Shown: positions 25,973 through 35,021, numbered from the stretch's first letter. The stretch: 45,089 bases of DNA from an uncultured Candidatus Peribacteria bacterium (GCA_964359495.1 CAYHTG010000002.1:8943-54031); one strand, 5' to 3'. Program-made: numbers and translations. Notes: generated by a model from the sequence alone, not told the origin.

Positions 25973-26482
25973 CTATATGGTCACAAACCTCCATTTCTTC
26001 TTGCTCCACTCCCCCGCGTAATCCACTCCAATCCGAGGAGTGGCTTTGATTTTCCCTACTTTCTCGCCGCGATCTTCGAACCAGAGGCCGGAGGATTCGG
26101 CGGCGGGGAGAGTGTTCAAGGAGCCATCAATCTTCAGAGCTTTCGTGAGGCGGGCGGGGCCATTACCTCCTTCTACGCCGCGGATGAGGATGGCGGCGGG
26201 GTAATCTTTGGGGCCTGTGACGATGTTGAGCATCCAGTGGAGGCCGTAGCAGAGGTAGACGTAGAAGTGGCCGGGTTCACCGAACATGACTTCGGTGCGA
26301 GGAGTGCGGCCTTTGGAGGCGTGGGAGGCTTTGTCATCGGGGCCGTCGTAGGCTTCCACTTCCGTGATGCGGAGGGCGGTTTCGGTTCCGTCGGAGAAGC
26401 GGCGTACGAGGAATTTGCCGAGGAGGTCACGGGCGACTTCCAAGGTGGGGCGGTTGAAAAAAGAGGGTGGGAGGATTTTCAT
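25973..26482 (-). CDS. mpg: DNA-3-methyladenine glycosylase (Mpg/AAG family)
   Basis: MKILPPSFFNRPTLEVARDLLGKFLV..., ITEVEAYDGPDDKASHA, GHFYVYLCYGLHWMLNIV and AAILIRG are Mpg family motifs. I chose the ATG at 26482. The 96-nt upstream extension in the track has no homology-like content. Confidence 0.9.
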   Translation of the reverse strand: MKILPPSFFNRPTLEVARDLLGKFLVRRFSDGTETALRITEVEAYDGPDDKASHASKGRTPRTEVMFGEPGHFYVYLCYGLHWMLNIVTGPKDYPAAILIRGVEGGNGPARLTKALKIDGSLNTLPAAESSGLWFEDRGEKVGKIKATPRIGVDYAGEWSKKKWRFVTI

Positions 26483-26565
26483 GTTTGTAATATTACAGGG
26501 TTTTGTGATATTCTTTAAATAGTCGGGTGCTGTAATAAAGTTACAGTTTCTCTCGGATGACGCAG

Positions 26566-26598
26566 AAACTCCTCCCAACGGAAGGAGTTTTTTGTTTT
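26566..26598 (+). terminator. intrinsic-terminator-like hairpin plus T-tract, oriented on the + strand
   Basis: AAACTCCTCC - CAAC - GGAAGGAGTTT forms 8+2 bp with one bulge and is followed by TTTGTTTT. It sits in the 230-bp gap between thpR and mpg, which are both minus-strand genes. Confidence 0.35.
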
Positions 26599-26713
26599 AA
26601 AAAATGCCTGGTGTTGGTGGTGTCATTATATCATTTGCACTAATAGATCAAAAACATGTTGTCGAAGCTCCAACAACAACCCCTGGATTTAAGTTTTTCG
26701 GCTTCGCTAAGTA

Positions 26714-27265
26714 TTAAACAGCATAAGGAAAATTTTCGATGAGGGTATAAACGGGACCCTCTGGAGTGAGGTCGGACTCGTAAAGATGGCACTCTTTGAT
26801 TTGGAGAGGTGACATTTTGTAGGCTTTGAAGGCAAACCTACGTGAATCAATAGGAGTTTTTAATCGAGCTAAAGTGAGGTGAGGAATGCTCTCCTTCTCA
26901 TCTTCGTCTTCCTGTATGTAAGGGGAAAGAAATTTGCGAAGTTCCGCGTTGAGTTCCGTGAAGGAATAGTTCTTATAAAAACGAGCCCAGACCATTTTAG
27001 GCAACTTACCCGGAAAAAGAAAAATGCCTTCAAATTGGAGCTCAAAGGGTGGGATGTGTGCAAAAAATCCGCGTAAAATTTGTCGCATTTCAGGAATCAT
27101 CATTCCTTGGACCTCCCCTAAAAACAAAGTTGTGATATGAAGATTTTGAAGTTGAGCCCACTTCGCATCTTTGAAATTAGGATCCGAGCGATAAGGTGTG
27201 AGGTAGGAGTCTAATCGTTCAATTTCTTCCGCCGGTAAGGGCAAAGCCAGGAAAAGTCGTTTCAT
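26714..27265 (-). CDS. thpR: RNA 2',3'-cyclic phosphodiesterase / 2'-5' RNA ligase (2H phosphoesterase)
   Basis: Two HxT motifs are present: NLHITTLFLG and IPHLTLARL. The ORF is 183 aa. Confidence 0.85.
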   Translation of the reverse strand: MKRLFLALPLPAEEIERLDSYLTPYRSDPNFKDAKWAQLQNLHITTLFLGEVQGMMIPEMRQILRGFFAHIPPFELQFEGIFLFPGKLPKMVWARFYKNYSFTELNAELRKFLSPYIQEDEDEKESIPHLTLARLKTPIDSRRFAFKAYKMSPLQIKECHLYESDLTPEGPVYTLIENFPYAV

Positions 27266-27531
27266 TGGATTTTGAAGTCGGTAAAGTTTTTGAGATCGTC
27301 ATCGTAAAGATACTCCACATTTTCTACGTGGGACATGCGTGGGCCACTTTTGCACCATTCTAAGAATTTTTCTAAAACCGCTTCGGGACCTTCCGCTTCG
27401 ATGGAGACGCTCCCATCGGGTTCATTACGAGCAAAACCCGTTAGTCCCAGTTCAAGTGCGCGTTCTTTTGCTTCCGCCCGGTAGAATACTCCTTGGACGC
27501 GTCCAGAGACGGTGATGGAAAGGTGTTTCAT
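27262..27531 (-). CDS. acyP: acylphosphatase
   Basis: VSGRVQGVFYRAEAKERALELGLTGFARNEPDGSVSIEAEG is the acylphosphatase signature. The ORF is 89 aa. Confidence 0.9.
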   Translation of the reverse strand: MKHLSITVSGRVQGVFYRAEAKERALELGLTGFARNEPDGSVSIEAEGPEAVLEKFLEWCKSGPRMSHVENVEYLYDDDLKNFTDFKIQ

Positions 27532-27579
27532 CTTTTCATTTAATAGCCTCCCAGTACAGTTGCGAGATGGAAAATGCCG

Positions 27580-27603
27580 GAGAGAGAGAGAGAGAGAGAG
27601 AGA
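27580..27603. repeat. (GA)12 dinucleotide microsatellite
   Basis: Counted directly: 12 consecutive GA units. It lies in the 118-bp gap downstream of the PEBP gene and upstream of acyP. Confidence 0.95.
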
Positions 27604-27649
27604 AGACTCCAGTGGACTTGAGCGACTGTTTGAATAGATTTGGCATGGT

Positions 27650-28078
27650 TTATTTGCGTGAATAAATAGAAATGAGTTCGGTTTGCTGGAGGATGTGCCC
27701 TTGCATGGCAGATTCCAAGTCAGCTTTTTTGGCCGTGGTTGGAAGGTTTACCCGTATGTTGAGTGCATAAAGTTTAAAATAGTAACGATGGGTTCCCGAA
27801 GGCGGACAGGGACCTCCCCATGCGGCGGTTCCAAAATCCGTGGTGCCTTGGATTCCGGGGATAGAGTTTTCAGCAATCTCAGTCGCTGCGGGGTCAATGT
27901 TCCACACGAGCCAGTGAACCCAATCTCCGGAAGGAGCGTCGGGATCGTCCACGATGAGAGCAAGGCTTTTTGCTTCCCTTGAAACTTCAGAAATGCTTAA
28001 AGGTGGATTTACATTTTTGCCATCACAAGTGTAGACGGCGGGAATTTCGGTGGTGAAAGCGGAGGAGTTGAGTCTCAT
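27650..28078 (-). CDS. YbhB/YbcL-family phosphatidylethanolamine-binding protein (PEBP)
   Basis: LALIVDDPDAPSGDWVHWLVWNI and GGPCPPSGTHRYYFKLYALN are PEBP signature blocks. Confidence 0.85.
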   Translation of the reverse strand: MRLNSSAFTTEIPAVYTCDGKNVNPPLSISEVSREAKSLALIVDDPDAPSGDWVHWLVWNIDPAATEIAENSIPGIQGTTDFGTAAWGGPCPPSGTHRYYFKLYALNIRVNLPTTAKKADLESAMQGHILQQTELISIYSRK

Positions 28079-28149
28079 AGAAGAAGAACTGGTAAAAGTA
28101 GAAGTTTTCTCATATAGTGAGCTTGTGCATTATCTTATTATGATTTCCT

Positions 28150-29433
28150 ATGTTTGACCAGAAAAATCTCACGGTGGTTTTAGGGGCACAATGGGGCGAT
28201 GAAGGAAAAGGCAAATTGGTGGATATTCTCACTAAGGATTTTGATATTGTGGCGCGCGCAACAGGTGGAGCAAATGCGGGACATACCGTTTATATTAAAG
28301 ACGGCGAGACGACCAAAAAGTACGTTTTTCATCTTCTGCCCAGTGGAATGCTTTACCCTCATGTCACTTGCGTGATTGGGAATGGCGTGGTCCTTCACAT
28401 TGAGACTCTTTTTGAGGAACTTGAACTCTTAAAAAAGGAAGGTTACGACGTGGAATCGCGCTTAAAGATTTCCGACCGGGTGGCGCTTTTGTTTGATTAC
28501 CACAAACTCATGGATGGGGCGCAGGAAGATTCCAAGGGCAAGCATCAAGTGGGTACAACACGAAGAGGAATTGGACCCGCCTACTCGGATAAAATCAATC
28601 GAAAAGGACTCAGGCTTTGCGACCTTGCGCACTGGGAAACTTTTGAAGAACAGTATCGGAAAAATTTGGCTCGTCACCAAGAAGTGTATGGTTTTGACTA
28701 TATACCCGTTGGTGAATTGGCGGTTTTGAAGCAATATAAAGATCGACTCTTGGCCATGATGACGGACACCGGCCTTTTCTTGGCCGAGGCTATTCGAAGC
28801 GGGAAAAAAGTTCTTGTGGAAGGCGCCAATGCCACTTTGCTGGATATTGACCACGGCACTTACCCTTATGTAACTTCCTCGAATCCGAGCATTGGGGGTG
28901 TTTTCACCGGAACCGGACTAAACCCATTTCAACTGAAAGAAAGCATTGGCGTAGTAAAAGCCTATATGACTCGCGTGGGTGCCGGCCCTTTCCCCACAGA
29001 ACTCACCGCTGCTTTAGGGGACTCCATCCGTGAAGCGGGCGGCGAATATGGCTCCACCACGGGCAGGCCTCGACGTTGTGGTTGGTTCGATGTGCCCCTA
29101 ACCGCCTACTCGCTTCGAGTGAACGGGTTCTCAGCTCTCAACCTGACTAAGCTCGATGTGCTCGATGAGCTTGATGAAATTCAAATTGCCGTGGGCTACA
29201 GCCTCCATGGTAAAAAAATAAAGAGCATTCCGGCCTCGCTTGAAGACCTCGCGGAAGTGGAAGTGGAGTATGAAGTTTTGCCGGGCTGGAAAACTTCTTT
29301 AAAAGAAATGAATAATTGGGATGAACTCCCTGAAAACGCAAAAAAATATGTTTTGCGCCTTGAAGAGCTCCTGGATTGCCCAATAAAATATGTAGGCGTC
29401 GGGCAAAGACGCGACCAATACATTGTTCGCTAA
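28150..29433 (+). CDS. purA: adenylosuccinate synthetase
   Basis: GAQWGDEGKGKLVD, GTTRRGIGPAY, EGANATLLDIDHGTYPYVTSSN and GSTTGRPRRCGW. The ORF is 427 aa. Confidence 0.95.
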   Translation: MFDQKNLTVVLGAQWGDEGKGKLVDILTKDFDIVARATGGANAGHTVYIKDGETTKKYVFHLLPSGMLYPHVTCVIGNGVVLHIETLFEELELLKKEGYDVESRLKISDRVALLFDYHKLMDGAQEDSKGKHQVGTTRRGIGPAYSDKINRKGLRLCDLAHWETFEEQYRKNLARHQEVYGFDYIPVGELAVLKQYKDRLLAMMTDTGLFLAEAIRSGKKVLVEGANATLLDIDHGTYPYVTSSNPSIGGVFTGTGLNPFQLKESIGVVKAYMTRVGAGPFPTELTAALGDSIREAGGEYGSTTGRPRRCGWFDVPLTAYSLRVNGFSALNLTKLDVLDELDEIQIAVGYSLHGKKIKSIPASLEDLAEVEVEYEVLPGWKTSLKEMNNWDELPENAKKYVLRLEELLDCPIKYVGVGQRRDQYIVR

Positions 29434-30023
29434 ATTGTAATAAACTTATCCTTGTGTTCCTTGTATTCCGCTTTTAATGCGGGAAGCACTTCTTGATAGT
29501 ACTTTTCGAGTTCCTTGTTCATTTGTTCATCCAGCAGCGACTCCGCATGCGCGAGTAAACGTAAAAATGTTTTATTCTCCGAGTCTTGATCTAAAATTTC
29601 AAAAGAAGCCTGAATGGCGGCCTCATAGTTCGTTTTTTGAATCATTTCTTCAATTTGTTTTTTGGCGTTCCGGTAATACGTTTGTGTTTCAGTTTCATGT
29701 CCTTCTTGAATTTTTTTTCTTGCTTTTTGAAGTGATTTTTTCAAGTGTTTGGACTCCGGAAAAATGCTCAATAATTTAAGATAAACTTGAGCGAGTGAGA
29801 CGTAGTCTTCTTTTTCTTCGAGCTGCATCACAATTTGCGATTTGAGTTTCTCGTTCACATAGTGGGCCTGCGCATAATGCAGGAGTTCCCAAATTTTCGC
29901 GTCCTCGGTGTAAGCCATAGTTGCTTTCTGTGCGGTGGCAAGCATGGCATCGTAAGACCCCTCAGACTTCAGTCGTTTGAGCTCTTTAATCGTCTCGTCT
30001 CGGGTTGGATTCGGCGTTGCCAT
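29430..30023 (-). CDS. hypothetical all-helical protein
   Basis: A 197-aa ORF rich in Lys, Glu and Ala, predicted helical (TPR-like feel). I recognise no family. Its stop overlaps the purA stop (CTAA). Confidence 0.45.
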   Translation of the reverse strand: MATPNPTRDETIKELKRLKSEGSYDAMLATAQKATMAYTEDAKIWELLHYAQAHYVNEKLKSQIVMQLEEKEDYVSLAQVYLKLLSIFPESKHLKKSLQKARKKIQEGHETETQTYYRNAKKQIEEMIQKTNYEAAIQASFEILDQDSENKTFLRLLAHAESLLDEQMNKELEKYYQEVLPALKAEYKEHKDKFITI

Positions 30024-30071
30024 CTCACCATTATACCTGAAAACGGGTGGTTTTCCAACAGCTAAACTGTT

Positions 30072-32744
30072 TTAAGCACTGAGCTGCTCAAACTGGTTTT
30101 TCAATTTCGCTAACCTGTTAATGGTTTCTTTTAACTTTTTCTTTTCGATATCAACCACTTCTTTTGGTGCATTTTGAAGAAATTTTTTGTTGCCTAGTTT
30201 CTGCTCAAGTGAACCAACATAAACTTCTAATTGACTAATCTCTTTGCTGAGGCGCTTTCTCTCCTCCTCAAAATCAATAAGATCGGCGAGGGGTAGATAG
30301 ATTTCGATGTCCCCTACAAAAGTCGTGAGAGCTTTGTCGATTTTTTCCCCATTTTCAAGAATTTCCAGATTTCCCAGGTTGGCTAGTCGCTTGATGATTT
30401 CCGCTTTGTCCAGAACAAGGGCTATTTCTTCGTGCGCATAGATGATGGCGTGAATTTTTTTGGTAGCGTCAACGTTGGATTCCGCTCTTAGCACACGAAT
30501 GCCGGAAATGAGTTCCATGACGCGGGACATTTCGTCGCTTTCAGATGGGAAATTCCATTTGGGATTGGCTTTGGGCCAGTCAGCGGAGATGAGCATACCG
30601 TCACTGACTTCTTGCCAAATTGTTTCCGTAACAAAAGGCATGAAGGGATGCATGAGCACGAGAGAGGTTTTGAGCACATGTTTAAGAACGGCAGGATTTT
30701 TCTTCACTTTGCTCATTTCAAGGTACCAGTCACAATATTCGCCCCAGAAAAAGTCATAAACGCTTAGGCCAGCTTCGGAAAGTTGGTATGCCTCCAATTG
30801 AGCCGTTACTTTTTCAATTATTTCGTTTAAACGCGTGAGAATCCATTTGTCTGAACGGGAAAAGGAGGACGAACTCGGCTCCGCCGAGTGGCCGTCCAAA
30901 TTCGTAATAACAAAGCGGGCCCCGTTCCAAATTTTATTCACAAAGTTGCGGTAGCCGGCGATTTTTTCCTCGTAGAGGCGCATGTCGTTACCTGGCGTTC
31001 CACCAATCACGAGGCTAAGTCGTACCGCGTCCGTTCCGTATTTATCGATCATGTCGAGCGGATCGATGCAGGTTTCCGGGTTGGATTTGCTCATCTTTTT
31101 CCCACGAATGTCGCGAATGAGTCCGTGTAAATACACATTCTTAAAAGGAATGGATTTATCTTCGCTGAAGCCGGATTTTCGGAGGGCGTAGGTAGTTCCG
31201 AGTATCATTCGTGCAACCCAGAAAAAGAGGATGTCGTAGCCGGTCTCAAGAACGCTGGAAGGTGCGTAGCGCAAAAGATCGGGTGTCTTTTCCGGCCATC
31301 CTAAAGTAGAAAATGTCCAAAGTTGCGCACTGAACCATGTGTCGAGGGTGTCTTCGTCTTGACGAAGTTTAGTAGTCCCACAATGAGGACATTTTTCCAC
31401 GGAATTTACACTCACAATTGGATTTTTACACTCCAACTTACAAGCCTCTCCACCCACGCAATACCAAACAGGAATGCGATGTCCCCACCAAATTTGACGG
31501 GAAATACACCAGTCACGAAGGTTGTCGATCCAGTGAAAATAATCTTTTTCAAAACGATCCGGAATAATGTGAATCATTTTACTGCGCACCGTGTCTTGGA
31601 GAACTTCTTTAATGCTGCACTTTTTCTTTTTCCATAGAATGACAGGCTTGTTCACGTCCACAAACCACTGTTTCATGATTTGAGGTTCCACAATGCCCTT
31701 GCCTCGATAATTCACGGATACATTGTGTACATAGTTTTCATCAATATGATCCACGAGTCCTTTCTTCTCCAAGATTTCCACCACTTTTTCACGTGCGGTT
31801 AAAAGGTCCAACCCTCCACATGACTTAGACCACTCGGGAAGAATTTTTCCATTAAAATCAATGATTTGAGGATGCTCTAAATTGTACTTTTGAGCCAATT
31901 CAAAATCGATGACGCTATGTGCGGGAGTGATGGTCATGGCACCGGTACCGAGTTCCCTATCGATGCATTCGTCCGCAATCACTTTCGCTCGAATCGTCCC
32001 CTCAATCCACTCCACATCAAACTCTTGACCAATCAGGTGCTTGTAACGTTTGTCTTTAGGGTGAACCACGATCACTTTGTCCCCGAACTTAGTTTCCGGG
32101 CGAGCCGTGCCAATGACGACCGGTCCGTATTTGAAATAGTAAAAAGGTGCTTTTTCTTCGACGTATTCCAGTTCATCATCCGCTACGGTGGTTTGCATTT
32201 TGGGGTCCCAGTTTACTATTCGGCCTCCTCGGTAAATGAGACCGTCTTCGTACATCATTCGGAAAAGTTCGTTCACGGCGACGTTCATTTCATCACTGAA
32301 AGTGTAGCGCTCGCGGCTCCAATCACAGCTGGTTCCCATCTTTCGTATTTGCTTGCGAATTGTGGATTTACTCACATCGACGAATTTTCGAATTTCCTGA
32401 AGGAGCTTTTCGCGTCCAAGTTCTTCACGAGGATTTTTAATGCCTTCGGATTGCAATTTCTTTTCGACCACACTTTGTGTGGCAATGGCCGCGTGGTCGG
32501 TTCCGGGCAGGTAAAGCGTGGAAAAACCTTGCATGCGCTTAAAGCGAATTAAAATATCCTCAATGGCGAGCATGGTAGCGTGTCCCAAATGCAGAGTGCC
32601 CGTAGCATTGGGCGGCGGCATCATGATGGAATAAGGTTCCTTTTTTGGATTTGGGTCAGGCGCGAAGGCACCCGACTGTTCCCACATCTTGTAAATTCGA
32701 TCTTCGTGATCTTTTGCCGAGTATGCTTTTGGAATTTCTTTCAT
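30072..32744 (-). CDS. valS: valyl-tRNA synthetase
   Basis: PPPNATGTLHLGH (HIGH), KMSKSNPE (KMSKS) and a C-terminal coiled coil. The ORF is 890 aa. Confidence 0.95.
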   Translation of the reverse strand: MKEIPKAYSAKDHEDRIYKMWEQSGAFAPDPNPKKEPYSIMMPPPNATGTLHLGHATMLAIEDILIRFKRMQGFSTLYLPGTDHAAIATQSVVEKKLQSEGIKNPREELGREKLLQEIRKFVDVSKSTIRKQIRKMGTSCDWSRERYTFSDEMNVAVNELFRMMYEDGLIYRGGRIVNWDPKMQTTVADDELEYVEEKAPFYYFKYGPVVIGTARPETKFGDKVIVVHPKDKRYKHLIGQEFDVEWIEGTIRAKVIADECIDRELGTGAMTITPAHSVIDFELAQKYNLEHPQIIDFNGKILPEWSKSCGGLDLLTAREKVVEILEKKGLVDHIDENYVHNVSVNYRGKGIVEPQIMKQWFVDVNKPVILWKKKKCSIKEVLQDTVRSKMIHIIPDRFEKDYFHWIDNLRDWCISRQIWWGHRIPVWYCVGGEACKLECKNPIVSVNSVEKCPHCGTTKLRQDEDTLDTWFSAQLWTFSTLGWPEKTPDLLRYAPSSVLETGYDILFFWVARMILGTTYALRKSGFSEDKSIPFKNVYLHGLIRDIRGKKMSKSNPETCIDPLDMIDKYGTDAVRLSLVIGGTPGNDMRLYEEKIAGYRNFVNKIWNGARFVITNLDGHSAEPSSSSFSRSDKWILTRLNEIIEKVTAQLEAYQLSEAGLSVYDFFWGEYCDWYLEMSKVKKNPAVLKHVLKTSLVLMHPFMPFVTETIWQEVSDGMLISADWPKANPKWNFPSESDEMSRVMELISGIRVLRAESNVDATKKIHAIIYAHEEIALVLDKAEIIKRLANLGNLEILENGEKIDKALTTFVGDIEIYLPLADLIDFEEERKRLSKEISQLEVYVGSLEQKLGNKKFLQNAPKEVVDIEKKKLKETINRLAKLKNQFEQLSA

Positions 32745-32862
32745 CTTTGTATAATTTGCGCCAATCTCTATTTTTTATCAAGGTTTCGCTGACGCGACTA
32801 CTTTTATATGCTCACCTTTGGTGAGTGGTAAAATTGACCGATCTTCAGCTTTAAAGTATAAT

Positions 32863-33366
32863 ATGGATGCTATGGACCCCTTTAAAACCCACAAAAACTC
32901 GGCTGAAAATGAACCGGTGGAAACATCGGAGGATTTAGATATTGTTGAAATTTCTGAAGATGATTTGGATTCGGAAACAGATATGGTGGAAGGGCGTGTG
33001 AGTGAAGTGGCTCAAGAAAAAGCTTCCGAGCAAAGTGCACAAAGCAGCGGGAAAAAGGCTAAAACCGATGATAAGAAAAAAGTACCTGTGGCGGATTTGA
33101 GTGACCGAAAGGCGCTTCGTGAAAAGCTCTTGGAAGCGGCACCTGCGGCGCAAGTCATGCGTTCACAAGTAAAGAAAATTCTTGTGGCGAGAAAAGAAAA
33201 CCTGGAATCGGCTGTGGCCAAGCATCGTCGAAAGAAAAATTATCGCTTACTCAGCATGGCCATTATGGAGCTTCGACTTGTTGTTCGCCAAATTGAAGAA
33301 CTCGCCCGAGCCAGTTACGACGCACTCAAGGAGATTTGGCTGAATGTCGTGCATCGGTTTGCTTAG
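32863..33366 (+). CDS. hypothetical protein (acidic N-terminus, basic helical C-terminus)
   Basis: I chose the ATG at 32863 over the TTG at 32818. I recognise no family. Confidence 0.45.
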   Translation: MDAMDPFKTHKNSAENEPVETSEDLDIVEISEDDLDSETDMVEGRVSEVAQEKASEQSAQSSGKKAKTDDKKKVPVADLSDRKALREKLLEAAPAAQVMRSQVKKILVARKENLESAVAKHRRKKNYRLLSMAIMELRLVVRQIEELARASYDALKEIWLNVVHRFA

Positions 33367-33389
33367 AGGGAAAGTCCGAAACTAGGATT

Positions 33390-33719
33390 TCATCCTGTTT
33401 CGGATGCCCAGCCCATCATGTGGAGGTGCAGGTGAAAAATCACTTGGCCGCCTTTTTCACCGACGTTGAATTGGAGACGGTAGCCTTCGCAATTGTAATT
33501 TCTGGCGAGTTGGCGGCCGACAAAGATGAGATGAGCAACGAGATCTCGGTCCTCTTCTTGCAAGTCTTCCACGCTTGGAATGGCTTTACGGGGAATCACT
33601 AAAAAGTGAATTGGAGCTTTGGGATAAATATCCTTAATGGCGATGCAGCGTTCATCTTCAAAGACAAACTCCGCCGGAATTTCCTTATCAATAATTTTTT
33701 GAAAAAGAGTTTTTTCCAT
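33390..33719 (-). CDS. HIT-family (histidine triad) nucleotide hydrolase
   Basis: FQKIIDKEIPA... and the triad HLHLHMMG. The ORF is 109 aa. Confidence 0.9.
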   Translation of the reverse strand: MEKTLFQKIIDKEIPAEFVFEDERCIAIKDIYPKAPIHFLVIPRKAIPSVEDLQEEDRDLVAHLIFVGRQLARNYNCEGYRLQFNVGEKGGQVIFHLHLHMMGWASETG

Positions 33720-33755
33720 AGTGGAGGAAAAGTAGCTTAGCCTAAGTTAGGAAAA

Positions 33756-34844
33756 CTACTTCGTAGACTTTTTAGAAAGATCAAGGGCGTAAACCGCGCG
33801 GCCCACGCGAACAAACTGAGGATTCTTCTGAAGATTGAGAGAAATGGTTCCCTTTTTCACACGTCGTTGTTTGAGGACCCCTTTAATAATGTCCTGTTTG
33901 CTGAGAGGGCTCTTTTTTTGAAGAAGAGATTGAATGATGTCGGTCACCGTGCCATCTTCAAAACCCCATTCTTTGAGTGCGTAAAGTCCACGGCCAACCA
34001 ATACAAATTGAGGGTAACGAATGAGCTCGTTGTGTACCGCTTGAACGGTCACACGTTTCATATCGAACTTCGCATCGGTGATTTTCTTGGCAATTTCCAC
34101 AAAGTGCATGGGTTTGTTTTCAAGGCGCAGCACAATAAGGGCTTTATCGCGTATGCTCTTCGGATTGATGTGTCTCCAAGTCATGAGGCCATACCCTTGC
34201 TCTAAAAGTTTAATACGTTCATCAATTTTCAAGAGAGATGCAAAGAATTGTTCTGAGAGATCATGACTACTATTTTGTTTAGAGTTCATTAACTCTTTCA
34301 CCAGGGCTTCTTCCTCAATAACTTCTTTATTAGAACCCAAAATGTTTTGCGTGTGTTCAAGCAAATCTTGAATCAAGATGGCAGGAATGCTCGTAAGGTG
34401 CCAAGACAAACGGTAAAGATTGTTTTTTTCGATGTAAGTAATATTGGGACAAATGGTGAGGGACAAGCGAACAATGTGTTGATCAATGTCGATGGTCTTC
34501 TCAATCATGTTGAGGATCTTCCGAAGGAGCTCTTCTTCCAAAAGTAAGCCTCCGTTCTCTCGTAAAATGGCCTCGGCCACCTCATGAATGAAGCGGAGTT
34601 TAGAGCTATTCACGGTTCGTTTCAGCTTTCCAAGCGCAATTTTTTCAATCTGACGAACACGTTCACGGGTTACATTGAAGGTGCGTCCTATACTTTCCAA
34701 GGTTCTTCGTTCTTTATTGTCGAGGGAAAATCGTTGAACCACCACTTCCCTTTCCTTTTCGGAGAGGACCATAAAGATATCTTCAATGATCTCCGTCAGG
34801 TTCAACTTGAGGATAGGAGTATTTAGTTTCGAGAGTGTAGACAT
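33756..34844 (-). CDS. sigma-70 region-4-like HTH protein with two C-terminal HARE-HTH-like repeats
   Basis: The N-terminus LSEKEREVVVQRFSL...RTLESIGRTFNVTRERVRQIEKIALGKLKR is sigma-70 region 4. The C-terminus has two copies of a PQFV.VGRG.YAL motif (YPQFVLVGRGLYALKEWG and NPQFVRVGRAVYALD). No region 2 is visible. Confidence 0.7.
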   Translation of the reverse strand: MSTLSKLNTPILKLNLTEIIEDIFMVLSEKEREVVVQRFSLDNKERRTLESIGRTFNVTRERVRQIEKIALGKLKRTVNSSKLRFIHEVAEAILRENGGLLLEEELLRKILNMIEKTIDIDQHIVRLSLTICPNITYIEKNNLYRLSWHLTSIPAILIQDLLEHTQNILGSNKEVIEEEALVKELMNSKQNSSHDLSEQFFASLLKIDERIKLLEQGYGLMTWRHINPKSIRDKALIVLRLENKPMHFVEIAKKITDAKFDMKRVTVQAVHNELIRYPQFVLVGRGLYALKEWGFEDGTVTDIIQSLLQKKSPLSKQDIIKGVLKQRRVKKGTISLNLQKNPQFVRVGRAVYALDLSKKSTK

Positions 34845-34991
34845 AGTCCTACTTTCGTTAGATTTTCGGTGTTGCCAAGGTGGTTCTTAGATTATTCATC
34901 ATACTCCAGAGCGTCAATAGAATATTCTTTAATTCCCTGTAAACCTTGCCTGGAATGTAATTTAGGACTTTTTATAAGTTTTGTCAATAGC

Positions 34992-35021
34992 TTGCTAAAC
35001 TAATTGTAAATTAGCTAGAAT
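34992..35021 (+). promoter_or_regulatory. candidate promoter for tRNA-Leu
   Basis: TTGCTA (34992-34997), an 18-nt spacer, then TAGAAT (35016-35021), ending 9 nt before tRNA position 1. The spacer contains the perfect inverted repeat CTAATT-GTA-AATTAG. Confidence 0.35.

Noticed and set aside
26483-26578. N-terminal 32-aa extension of mpg in the ORF track
   Set aside because: The Mpg family N-terminus (MKILPPSFFNRP...) starts at the internal ATG at 26482. The upstream part is AT-rich leader-like sequence.
32745-32862. Possible T-box or other leader upstream of valS (likewise ileS and aspS)
   Set aside because: The upstream spacers are far too short: 42 bp for ileS and 47 bp between the MazF remnant and aspS. 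The valS spacer is also short. None shows a specifier or T-box architecture.
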